DNA from: Dehalococcoidia bacterium
GTDB taxonomy: Bacteria > Chloroflexota > Dehalococcoidia > Plut-88900
Reading direction: 5' to 3'
Length of the DNA stretch: 64,000 bases
NCBI GenBank assembly: GCA_965249275.1
Contig: CBDFLQ010000007.1
Location: 544,001-608,000 of the forward strand
Shown here: positions 37,869-46,945 of the stretch, piece by piece
How positions within the stretch are numbered: position 1 is the stretch's first letter
Layout: each line of letters starts with the position of its first letter
Notes under the pieces: generated by a model
What the model saw: the letters and a program-made list of their open reading frames with translations, nothing else
The model's database searches: none
What the model was told of the DNA's origin: nothing
Translations under genes and position numbers: made by a program

Positions 37869-39587
37869 ATGACGAAATTCCGCTGGGCCATTTCGCCCCC
37901 CGTGCCCCGGGACGCGCTGTCACGGCTCAGAGGCATTCCCCTCTCGACCGCCCAGATTTCATACAATCGCGGCCTCACCGACCTTTCGCAAATCAAGAAA
38001 TTCCTCTCAATCGAGCATCGTCCCCTACCCGACCCCAACCTCCTCCCCGATATCGCACCGGCCATCGAGCGCATCGCCGCGGCCATCCAGAAGCGCGAGC
38101 TCATCGCAGTCTACGGTGACTTCGACGCCGACGGTGTAACCGCAACGGCCCTGCTGAATAACGGCTTGACCGGCCTCGGGGCGCGCACCACTCCCTATAT
38201 TCCTCATAGAACGGAGGAAGGACACGGGCTCAGCGTTCAGGGGCTCGAAAAGTTCGGAGGCCTGGGCGTCGGCCTGATCATTACAGCCGACTGCGGCGTC
38301 AGCTCTCTAGATGAGATAAATCTCGCCAACGAAATGGGCATCGACGTCGTCGTCACCGACCACCACACCCCCCCACCCGACCTTCCCCCCGCCCTCGCCG
38401 TAATCGACGCCAAGCGCCAGGACTCTGAATATCCGTTCCGGGAGCTGGCGGCTGTCGGGTTGGCCTACAGGATAATTCAAACTCTCCGGGGTCACCTGGG
38501 CTACGATGAGGACGAGAGCCTGCTGGACCTCGTCGCCTTAGGATCCGTCGCCGACATGGCGCCGCTGGTCGATGACAACCGCAACCTGGTCAAGCGCGGC
38601 CTTGAAGTCCTGAACAGGGCCGAGCGTCCCGGCCTCAGGGAACTCATGTCTCGGGCCGGCGTGGACCCCGGTAACCTGGACGCCGAGTCCATCTCGTTCA
38701 CATTAGCCCCGAGGATCAACGCTGCCGGCAGGGTAGACCACGCCATCACCAGTTACAGGCTTCTCACCGCCACCTCTGCCGCCGAGGCCCAGCCCCTGGC
38801 AGAGGAGTTGAACACCCGCAACCGACAGCGCCGCAGCCACACCGAGGACGCCTTCGCGAAAGCCCAGGCTCAGGTCGGCGATTCCCCCGTTTCTAGTCCC
38901 ATCATCATCGCCGGGGGCCCGGGTTTCGAGCCAGGCGTCGTGGGGCTGGTCGCCGGGAAGCTCAGCGAGGAGCATTACAAACCGGCGGTCGTGCTGTCCA
39001 CCGGGCCCGAAATCTCACGCGCTTCCTGCCGCTCCATCCCGGAGTTCGACATCACCGCAGCCCTCCAGCAGTGCGCCGACCTGTTCATCCGCCACGGCGG
39101 TCACTCCCAGGCCGCCGGTTTCGTCATAGCCAACGAGAACATCGAAGAGCTCAAGGGTCGCCTCACCGAGATTGCCGCCGAGAGGCTCGGCGCCCTCGAC
39201 CTTCAGCCCTCAATCAAGATCGACGTAGTCATGCCTCTCACCCAGATCGAGGCTCGGCTGCTCAAGTTCATCCAGCTCCTGGAGCCCGTGGGTCAGGGAA
39301 ACCCCCGGCCCATGTTTCTTTCCAGGAGGCTTACGCCACTCGGGGTCCGCACCATGGGCGCCGACGCGTCTCACTTGAGGATGTCCCTGCAGGATGGAGC
39401 GTCTGTCTGGAATGCGGTCGCCTTCAAAATGGGCCACCGGCTCGGCGAACTGACCGGCCCTATAGACGCGGTCTACCACATCAAGACCAACCGTTGGAAA
39501 GGTAGAGAGCGGCTAGAGCTTGAGCTGGTCGATTTCGCGCCTGCCGGGCAGTGCACACCTGCGTCCAGTCAGCAAAAACCGTACTAG
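37869..39587 (+). CDS. recJ: ssDNA exonuclease RecJ
   Basis: YGDFDADG, ITADCG, TDHH, PRINAAGR, GGHSQAAG and EP.GQGNPRP motifs. Confidence 0.95.
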   Translation: MTKFRWAISPPVPRDALSRLRGIPLSTAQISYNRGLTDLSQIKKFLSIEHRPLPDPNLLPDIAPAIERIAAAIQKRELIAVYGDFDADGVTATALLNNGLTGLGARTTPYIPHRTEEGHGLSVQGLEKFGGLGVGLIITADCGVSSLDEINLANEMGIDVVVTDHHTPPPDLPPALAVIDAKRQDSEYPFRELAAVGLAYRIIQTLRGHLGYDEDESLLDLVALGSVADMAPLVDDNRNLVKRGLEVLNRAERPGLRELMSRAGVDPGNLDAESISFTLAPRINAAGRVDHAITSYRLLTATSAAEAQPLAEELNTRNRQRRSHTEDAFAKAQAQVGDSPVSSPIIIAGGPGFEPGVVGLVAGKLSEEHYKPAVVLSTGPEISRASCRSIPEFDITAALQQCADLFIRHGGHSQAAGFVIANENIEELKGRLTEIAAERLGALDLQPSIKIDVVMPLTQIEARLLKFIQLLEPVGQGNPRPMFLSRRLTPLGVRTMGADASHLRMSLQDGASVWNAVAFKMGHRLGELTGPIDAVYHIKTNRWKGRERLELELVDFAPAGQCTPASSQQKPY

Positions 39588-39603
39588 GACCCGTCAGCAG
39601 GCT

Positions 39604-40419
39604 TTAGGCAGCGGGAGCTGGCTGGATGCTCGGGGTCCGGCGGTCCAGCACCGAGCCTCCCATGTATCCCAGCCAAATCGGCACCAGTGGCAGGATACAC
39701 GGCGACAGGAACGACAGTATGCCGCCCGCAAACGCTATTATTATCGATGCCCCGCCCATCCCCGTGACTTCGCTGCTGCCCGTTACCTCGGGTATGAAGG
39801 TGAAGTAGGAATTCAGCTGCTGCAGGGAGCCGGTCACAATGAGCGCTCCAATCAACACCAACAGCAGTCCGCTTATCAGCTCAATGAACTCGAGGTACGG
39901 GTTGACCTTCTTCAGCCACCGCTTGGCAACGCCTATGAAGGCCCCGACCAACAGGAATGGCAACCCCAGGCCCAGGGAGTACGCGAACATCAGCACCGCA
40001 CCCTGCCCTATCGAACCCTCCAGTGTCAGGGACAGGATCCCCGCCAGGATCGGGCCCACGCACGGCGTCCATCCTATGGCAAACGCTGCCCCCACCACCG
40101 CCGACCGCATTAGGTTCGGCTTGTCACCCGCCCCAATCCCGATTCCTCTTTGCCGGTACAGAATGCTGGTTAGCGGGCCGAACCGCACAATCCCGCTCAG
40201 GTGAAATCCCAGGATAATCAGTAACGTCCCCGCCCCGATCTCTAGCCAGTCCCGCCAACTCCCCGTCCCGAGGGAACCCAACAGCGCCCCCAGCCCCGTG
40301 AACACCAGCGAGAACCCGGCCACGAACGCTACTGCATGAATGAACGGCGCCGGCGAGAACCCGAGTTTCGCTAGGCCACTCGGTGCGGTCTGCTGCGCTC
40401 CTGTTCCGGGATTCACCAT
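39604..40419 (-). CDS. ccdA: Cytochrome c biogenesis protein CcdA, circularly permuted
   Basis: FAIGWTPCVGPIL and YSLGLGLPF are present. The normally N-terminal AFAGGILSFLSPCILPLVP block sits at the C-terminus. Confidence 0.85.
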   Translation of the reverse strand: MVNPGTGAQQTAPSGLAKLGFSPAPFIHAVAFVAGFSLVFTGLGALLGSLGTGSWRDWLEIGAGTLLIILGFHLSGIVRFGPLTSILYRQRGIGIGAGDKPNLMRSAVVGAAFAIGWTPCVGPILAGILSLTLEGSIGQGAVLMFAYSLGLGLPFLLVGAFIGVAKRWLKKVNPYLEFIELISGLLLVLIGALIVTGSLQQLNSYFTFIPEVTGSSEVTGMGGASIIIAFAGGILSFLSPCILPLVPIWLGYMGGSVLDRRTPSIQPAPAA

Positions 40420-40542
40420 AGCGCTAGCGGCTCCTCTCTTGTCCTGTAACCGTTACTCTTAGTATGTCAACAAAAGACCGGCTCGGGCAACAAGTCCCTC
40501 ACACCATTTAACGAATTACTCTAGCAAAAGTTGCCCATTGCA

Positions 40543-41379
40543 TCACGTGCTCTTCAATGACGGACTCGGACCACGGGGCCCTTCAGAACGCTGGCGCACC
40601 AGCAGAAACGCCCCGACTGCGAAGACCGCTACCATCGTTAGCAGAGATATTACATGCGCCTGATGCAAAGACCCTATTCTCCCCGGATCGTCCCGCGTGA
40701 ACTGCACAGCGAACCTTATAGCCGCATACGTCCCGAGATAGATCAGCATCACCATACCGTCGGGCTTCACCCGGCCGATGAGCCGCATTATGACGAAGAA
40801 CAGCAGTACGTCGCCCACCATCTCGTACGCAACGGATGGGTGATACGCAAGCTCCGACCCGCTCTCGGATACGGGAATCGCCGGTCTGCCCGTATTCAGG
40901 CCCGGCCAGTTGGCGTGGGTGTGGACCCAGCCCCACGGCAGACTCGTCCGGGTGCTGAAGTGCTCTCCATTGATCACGTCCCCCACCCGGCCAATAGTCT
41001 GAGCGACCAGCATCATGGGGGCGCTAATGTCGGCGATCTTGCCCACGGACTGCTTATTCAAAATCGCCCAGGTGACACCGGTAATCGTCCCACCTAGCAA
41101 AGCACCCCACAGCCCCACACCGCCATTCCAGATGGTGAATATCTTTACCGGGTCGTTTATGTAATAGGACCAGTTATCAAATACGTGAACCAGCCGAGCC
41201 CCCACCACCCCTCCCGGCACCGCCCACGCTGCGCAGGAATAGATGACCTGGGGGTCCATGCCCCTGTCCCGCGCAAGCCTCGCCGTGCCGAATACCGCAA
41301 ATGCCACCCCCAGGGCCGTGAATATCCCGTGCCACGACAACCCCCCAATCAGAAAGGGGTCCATGTTGATTTCAAGCAT
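40543..41379 (-). CDS. lgt: Prolipoprotein diacylglyceryl transferase
   Basis: SWHG, GARLVHV, WNGG..LWG, QTIGRVG..INGE, HPS..YE and RF.VQF.R motifs. Confidence 0.9.
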   Translation of the reverse strand: MLEINMDPFLIGGLSWHGIFTALGVAFAVFGTARLARDRGMDPQVIYSCAAWAVPGGVVGARLVHVFDNWSYYINDPVKIFTIWNGGVGLWGALLGGTITGVTWAILNKQSVGKIADISAPMMLVAQTIGRVGDVINGEHFSTRTSLPWGWVHTHANWPGLNTGRPAIPVSESGSELAYHPSVAYEMVGDVLLFFVIMRLIGRVKPDGMVMLIYLGTYAAIRFAVQFTRDDPGRIGSLHQAHVISLLTMVAVFAVGAFLLVRQRSEGPRGPSPSLKST

Positions 41380-41487
41380 CCTTGATCTCGGGCTCCGTCC
41401 TTATCGTATAAGTAGTCCGATCAGCTTCACTATCCGTTCACTTCACCCATCCAGTGTAGCCTCCCCGCCGAATGTCGGTCAATCCGC

Positions 41488-42288
41488 TGTACTTGTTCGG
41501 CAGGTTAGTGACACACCGGCCTTTTCTTCAGTCCTCCAGAGGCGGATGTTCCATCTTCGATTGTGGGGTTTCGGTTTCCGTTCTGTCTGTTGGGTTTTGG
41601 GAAGGCGATGGAAGACGCTTGCTGGACGCTACCCCCGTTCCTGTGCCTCGGGTGCTCCGACGCCCTGGGGCAAGGGCGTCCGGCCCGCTTTTGCCGCTGC
41701 TGCGGCCTCTGGGCCTGTATACGCTGGACATGGGCAGGGACCTTCAGGGCCACCGGGTCCGAGCCTGACTCCGGGGGGTTGGCTGCACCGCTTAAGGGCG
41801 GCTAGGAGGCTCGTCCAGCGTCCGGGTGGAGCCTCTTGCAGGCGTAATATGTCCAGGTTTGCCGGTGCGACCCGGAGCGCAGGGACCACCGGCTCCCGGC
41901 TTGATTGAGCGGACGGTGTACCGAGAGGACCTCGGCGCCGGGCCTATCCGACCGCTATTCCGCTTGAAGGAGCGGCATCTCCGTTAGGAGCCTCACATGG
42001 AACGATAGCGAACCAGGGCGTCTTTCCATCGCCTGGGGGTCAGGGAAGGGGGCACGGGACCCGGTGGGGATGAGGAGATGGCGACTTTCGCTTGTGCCGC
42101 GGGCCTGCGCGAGGGCCGTTGGGATGGGCTGAGGCGTTGAGTCCTCGGGGACCGGGGCTGGGCTTCCCCCTAGGTTGTGGTTCCTCCTTAAGGTAGTTGG
42201 GTTAGGTGGTCTAGACCTGGCTACAATATAGAACATACGTCTTATCATGTCAATAGGTTAATGTCACCACTCTATGTGAACGGGATCA
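41488..42288. mobile_element. Non-autonomous 801-bp element, copy B, with TG..CA ends, imperfect TIRs and 5-bp target duplication TCCGC
   Basis: TCCGC|TGTACTTGTTCGGCAGGTTAGTGACA ... TGTCACCACTCTATGTGAACGGGATCA|TCCGC. Homologous to 12054-12838. No transposase ORF. Confidence 0.75.
42225..42253 (-). promoter_or_regulatory. Near-consensus sigma70 promoter inside element B, with LexA-like box
   Basis: TTGACA-17nt-TATATT on the minus strand, with AGAC-GTAT-GTTC abutting the -10. Confidence 0.65.
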
Positions 42289-42374
42289 TCCGCCCGACCC
42301 TCCTTTACCATCCGTTATCGCGTTATGTTAAACTTGTTCGGTATTCATCCTCATATTTATAGGAGAGTGGCAAG

Positions 42375-43307
42375 GTGAAAATAGTAATCGATGCATTTTT
42401 AACTCATCTCACCGTGGAACGCGGCCTTTCCGCCAACACCCTATACGCCTACCGTAACGACCTCTACCAGTTCCTGGAGTTCATCGAAACGGGCCTCGGG
42501 CCCAGGAAGCGTGTCTCCAACTGGGGAGGCGTAGATCGCGACATGGTCGCCAAGTACGGCCTCGATCTCCGGGACCGCACCTTCAAGGACTCCACCATCG
42601 CCCGCAAGATCGCCGCCATCAAGTCTTTTTTCGCGTTCCTGGTCGACGAGGGTGACATCGAGACCGCCCCCACCGAGCATATGAACTCGCCGAAGGTTGG
42701 GCGGGCCCTGCCAAAAGCCCTCTCCGTCGAGGACATCAATAGGCTCTTAACTGCGACCAGGGAACGCAAGACCCCGGATGGCCGGCCTAAACCCGTCTCT
42801 CCCGACAGCCTCCGTGACTGCGCTATGTTGGACCTCTTGTACGCCAGCGGACTCCGAGTCACCGAGCTAGTTTCCCTCAACGTTGCCGACGTCGACATTC
42901 GCAACAACCATGTTCGATGTCTGGGCAAGGGCGGCAAGGAGAGGATCGTTCCCATCCACCAGGAGGCCTCCGAGGCCCTGCGGGAGTACGTCGAGCGAGC
43001 TAGGCCTCGCCTCCGAAAGAAGTTCGAAGAGCAGGCTCTGTTCCTGAACCGCCGCGGCGACCGTCTCACGCGGCAAGGCTTCTGGCTTATCTTGAAGGGT
43101 TACGCAAAAGAGGCCCAGATAAAGACCCCCATAACCCCCCACGTCCTCCGTCATAGCTTCGCCACCCACATGCTCAGAGGTGGCGCACCCCTCAGGCACG
43201 TCCAGGAGATGCTCGGCCACGCCAACATCTCTACGACCCAGGTCTACACCCACCTTGCAAGCGATCAGGTGCGTGACCAGTACGACAAAGCGCACCCCAG
43301 GGCCTGA
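42375..43307 (+). CDS. xerD: Tyrosine recombinase XerD
   Basis: VERGLSANT..AYRNDL, LYASGLRVTEL, GKGGKER, LTRQGFW, TPHVLRHSFATH and LGHA.ISTTQVYTH motifs. Confidence 0.92.
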   Translation: MKIVIDAFLTHLTVERGLSANTLYAYRNDLYQFLEFIETGLGPRKRVSNWGGVDRDMVAKYGLDLRDRTFKDSTIARKIAAIKSFFAFLVDEGDIETAPTEHMNSPKVGRALPKALSVEDINRLLTATRERKTPDGRPKPVSPDSLRDCAMLDLLYASGLRVTELVSLNVADVDIRNNHVRCLGKGGKERIVPIHQEASEALREYVERARPRLRKKFEEQALFLNRRGDRLTRQGFWLILKGYAKEAQIKTPITPHVLRHSFATHMLRGGAPLRHVQEMLGHANISTTQVYTHLASDQVRDQYDKAHPRA

Positions 43308-43376
43308 GTCTCGGCATTTGCGGCCCCGGTTTCGCGCCGACTATAATCAGACCATAGAAACGCATCAGGACTAAAC

Positions 43377-43745
43377 ATGGCAAAAAAGTCAAAGCGGTTC
43401 GCCGCCAAGCAATCCTCAAGTACCAAGCGAAAGAAGGGTAAGGCGGGACTGTCCCAGCGGCAGATCGAGCTTTCAGGAGTCTCTGCCCCCACTCCCACCC
43501 CTCCCCCCGCAGCCGACGCCGCGGATACAGGGGCCCCTGTCCTTGAGTCCACCGAAGCCCCTGAAACAGGCTCTCCCTCCGAGACCCCGGAGCAGGCTAC
43601 GCAACCTGGACCCCAGGTCGCCGCCCCCGCAGCTGTCGGTGCACCCTGGCGTTACGGCTACGTCCTCACTGACGTCAAGCGCATCGGCCTGATGACTGTG
43701 GTCGTAGCCCTTCTCCTCGGCGCCCTTACTTTCATCCTCAGATAG
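43377..43745 (+). CDS. Hypothetical protein with basic N-terminus, Pro/Ala linker and C-terminal TM helix
   Basis: Clean ORF with YGYVLTDVKRIG followed by a TM helix. Confidence 0.65.
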   Translation: MAKKSKRFAAKQSSSTKRKKGKAGLSQRQIELSGVSAPTPTPPPAADAADTGAPVLESTEAPETGSPSETPEQATQPGPQVAAPAAVGAPWRYGYVLTDVKRIGLMTVVVALLLGALTFILR

Positions 43746-44102
43746 CCCCCTCTCTCCATTCATTCCGGCCTGGGGCCGGGATCCAAGAGTGGGGGAATGG
43801 CCGCTTCCCCAGTGGGATTGTGACACCGCCCCGTTGACTAGCGCCGCATTGTTGTACTATCTTCCCCTCCCCACTTGCATCCATCACACACCATCAATTG
43901 CCGATTACAAAACAAGAAAAGCTAACGACACTTCTTCCACAACCTCTGACACCGAATTTTCTCCAGGATGATCAAACAATCAAACATCGTGCCTGATAGC
44001 TGCAAACAATCGTACGCAAAGCTGTTTCCACTTGATTGTCCGCTTTCCTTTTAATTGTCATATGTCAACTGTGCTCAGGCCGCATGCTAGAATTACCTGG
44101 TA

Positions 44103-45935
44103 ATGCCTACGCTCTCTATCGCAGACCAGGTAAAGGCCACGCCCACTAAACCCGGCGTCTACATCTTCCGGGACGCCTCCGGCAAGGTTATCTACGTCGG
44201 CAAGGCCGCGGGCCTGCGCAGCCGAGTCCGCTCCTACTTCGCCGACTCCTCTTCACTCACCCTCAAGGGTCGGCACCTCGCCGCGCGCATCGCCCAGTAC
44301 GAATACGTAGTCACCGATTCCGAGGGCGAGGCCCTCATCCTCGAAAACACCCTCATCAAGCGCTACAAGCCCAAGTACAACGTCCGCCTCAAGGACGACA
44401 AGACATATCCCTACATCAAGATAGACCTGGAAGAGGAGTTCCCCCGCGTCTACTTCACCAGGAGACTGGACGACGAGCGCGGCGCCCGATACTTCGGCCC
44501 CTTCGCATCCGCCAGCTCCGTCCGACGCACCCTGGACCTAATCAAGAAGCTCTTCCCTTACCGGTCCTGCACCAAGAACATCACCGGCACCGACCCGCGC
44601 CCCTGCCTCGACTTCTACATCCACCGTTGTGTCGGGCCGTGCATCGGGGCGGCGTCCAAGGACGAATACCGCCAGGTTATCGACCAGGTCATCCTGTTCC
44701 TCGAAGGGAAGCACGAGACCATAGTCAAAGACCTGAGCGCCAGTATGCACCAGGCCGCCGAGCGTCTCGAGTTCGAGCGCGCCGCCGCCCTCAGGGACCA
44801 GGTACGCGCCATCGACAGGGTATCGCAGACGCAGAAAGTCCACTCCCTACACCTCAAGGACGAGGACTACATAGCCCTGTCACGCGGCCAGGACGAGGCA
44901 TGGATCGAGATATTCTTTGTCCGTGCAGGCAAGACCGTAGGCCGAGACCACTTCATCATGGAAGGCACCCAGGACGAGGGTGACGCCGATATAATGGCCG
45001 GATTCATCAAGCAGTTTTACGACTCGGCATCCTACGTCCCGCCCCTCCTCCTTCTCCAGCACGCACCTGTTGACTCCACCTTGATTAACTCTTGGCTGGA
45101 GAGTAAACGAGGCCGCAGAGTCCATATGAAAGTCCCCCGCCGCGGCAACCGTAGAATGCTGCTGCAGATGGTCGCCGCCAACGCGGAGCAGGGGCTCGCG
45201 CAGCGCCACATCAAGTGGCTGGCCGACGCCGACGCCATCACCGGGGCCATGTCTGAGCTTCAGGAGCACCTCAACCTCCCCGAACTGCCCCAGCGTATGG
45301 AATGCTACGACATTTCCAACATTCAGGGCTCAAACCCCGTCGGCTCAATGGTCGTCTTCGAAAACGGAAAACCCAAGCCTGCCCACTACCGCAAGTTCAA
45401 GATCAAGACCGTCCAGGGCATCGACGACTATTCCATGATGCAGGAGATGCTCCGCCGACGCTTCCGCCGGCTCAAGGACGCCGTCAACGCCAAACCCGAC
45501 GGCTGGACCATCGTCCCTGACCTCGTCCTCATCGACGGAGGCAAGGGCCACCTTGGCGCCATACACCAGCTCTTCCTGGAACTCGGCATCGCCCATATCC
45601 CCCTGGCCAGTATCGCAAAGCGCTACGAGGAGGTGTTCCGCCCCGACAGCAAGGAGCCTATCATCCTGCCTCGCAGTTCGCAGGCCCTCTACCTTGTCCA
45701 GCGCATCAGAGATGAAGCCCACCGCTTCGCCATTACCTTCCACCGGCAACTGCGGAAGAAGAGCAGCGTGAGGTCGGCCATGGACTCTGTCCCGGGCATC
45801 GGGCCCAAACGAAAGAAGGCCCTCATCCGCAGGTTCGGCACGGTCAACGCGATACGCGAGGCCGACACCAGTGAAATCGCAGCCGTGGTCGGGATGACCC
45901 AAAAGCTCGCCGAAATTGTCAAAGAGCACCTCTAA
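44103..45935 (+). CDS. uvrC: Excinuclease ABC subunit C
   Basis: PGVY..IYVGKA..LR.RV.SYF, YNVRLKDDK, ECYDIS, LIDGGKG, RDEAHRFA motifs and HhH. Confidence 0.96.
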   Translation: MPTLSIADQVKATPTKPGVYIFRDASGKVIYVGKAAGLRSRVRSYFADSSSLTLKGRHLAARIAQYEYVVTDSEGEALILENTLIKRYKPKYNVRLKDDKTYPYIKIDLEEEFPRVYFTRRLDDERGARYFGPFASASSVRRTLDLIKKLFPYRSCTKNITGTDPRPCLDFYIHRCVGPCIGAASKDEYRQVIDQVILFLEGKHETIVKDLSASMHQAAERLEFERAAALRDQVRAIDRVSQTQKVHSLHLKDEDYIALSRGQDEAWIEIFFVRAGKTVGRDHFIMEGTQDEGDADIMAGFIKQFYDSASYVPPLLLLQHAPVDSTLINSWLESKRGRRVHMKVPRRGNRRMLLQMVAANAEQGLAQRHIKWLADADAITGAMSELQEHLNLPELPQRMECYDISNIQGSNPVGSMVVFENGKPKPAHYRKFKIKTVQGIDDYSMMQEMLRRRFRRLKDAVNAKPDGWTIVPDLVLIDGGKGHLGAIHQLFLELGIAHIPLASIAKRYEEVFRPDSKEPIILPRSSQALYLVQRIRDEAHRFAITFHRQLRKKSSVRSAMDSVPGIGPKRKKALIRRFGTVNAIREADTSEIAAVVGMTQKLAEIVKEHL

Positions 45936-45951
45936 CCCCGCTCCCCCAAAC

Positions 45952-46848
45952 ATGCCCGATCAAACGCAAAACGCGCTGACAAACCTACAGGAGGGAGTCC
46001 GACTCCTCGACCAAGGTCAGATCAATGAGGCAATCGGCTTATTCGATCTCGCTATCCGGCTCGACGGTACGTTGGTGGACGCTTACCTCCGCCGCTCCGA
46101 GGCCCACAATTTCAAGGGTCAGGCCGGCAAGGCAGTCACCGACGCAACCAAAGCCCTGATGCTCGACGCCCAAAACGCCGGGGCGTACGTCGACCGCGCC
46201 GCCGCATATGTCAACATGGGCAATTTCGAGCGCGCCCTCGCCGACTCCAATGAAGCCATCGCACTGAAGCCCACCGCCGCAGCCCACGTCAACCGGGGCG
46301 CCGCCCACAGGGGTTTGGGTAAAGTCGTCATGGCACTCGGTGATTTCAACAAAGCAGTCGGCCTCGACCCTCGGTATCCCCTCGCCTACAGCCACCGAGC
46401 CAGCGCCTTCCTAACAATAGGCGCTTTCGATAGAGCGATTCAGGACACCACCGCCGCCATTGACCTGGACCCGCACCTGCCCCAACCCTATATCGATCGC
46501 GGTGAAGCCTACAGACACAAAGGTGATTTCGATGCAGCCGTCAAGGACGCCTCCACTGTCCTGAGTCTGCAACCCAATCTCGTCATTGCGCTGGTAAACC
46601 GGGCCGCAGCCTACCTTGACCAGGATTATGCCCCCGACGCCCTCGCCGATTCCGAGGCCGCCCTTAACCTCGACCCGGACAACGTCCTCGCCATTAACAA
46701 CCAGGCCGTGGCACTGGCCAAGATGGGCCGTACGAAAGACGCCCTCGACTCCCTCGCCCGCGCCCTAACGCTCGCCCCGACCGACGAAGTTCGAGCCCAT
46801 ATAACCATGGTCATGGACCGGCTTACCGGCGATCAGTCGCCTTCTTAG
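45952..46848 (+). CDS. Tetratricopeptide repeat protein
   Basis: Repeated AY..RA.AY..G....A..D...A..L.P units. Confidence 0.88.
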   Translation: MPDQTQNALTNLQEGVRLLDQGQINEAIGLFDLAIRLDGTLVDAYLRRSEAHNFKGQAGKAVTDATKALMLDAQNAGAYVDRAAAYVNMGNFERALADSNEAIALKPTAAAHVNRGAAHRGLGKVVMALGDFNKAVGLDPRYPLAYSHRASAFLTIGAFDRAIQDTTAAIDLDPHLPQPYIDRGEAYRHKGDFDAAVKDASTVLSLQPNLVIALVNRAAAYLDQDYAPDALADSEAALNLDPDNVLAINNQAVALAKMGRTKDALDSLARALTLAPTDEVRAHITMVMDRLTGDQSPS

Positions 46849-46945
46849 CAACATGTCGGTTGCTTGTTGAGGCACCGGATGAAAGTGTCGCCTCTCCACT
46901 TGGTGTAAAATTGACCTACGTCGTCTGATCCCTTTCAACTATCTA

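Noticed and set aside
42375-43307. Tyrosine recombinase as the mobiliser of adjacent element B
   Set aside because: The sequence is a typical housekeeping XerD and lies outside the TCCGC duplication. TIRs plus a target duplication point to a DDE enzyme.
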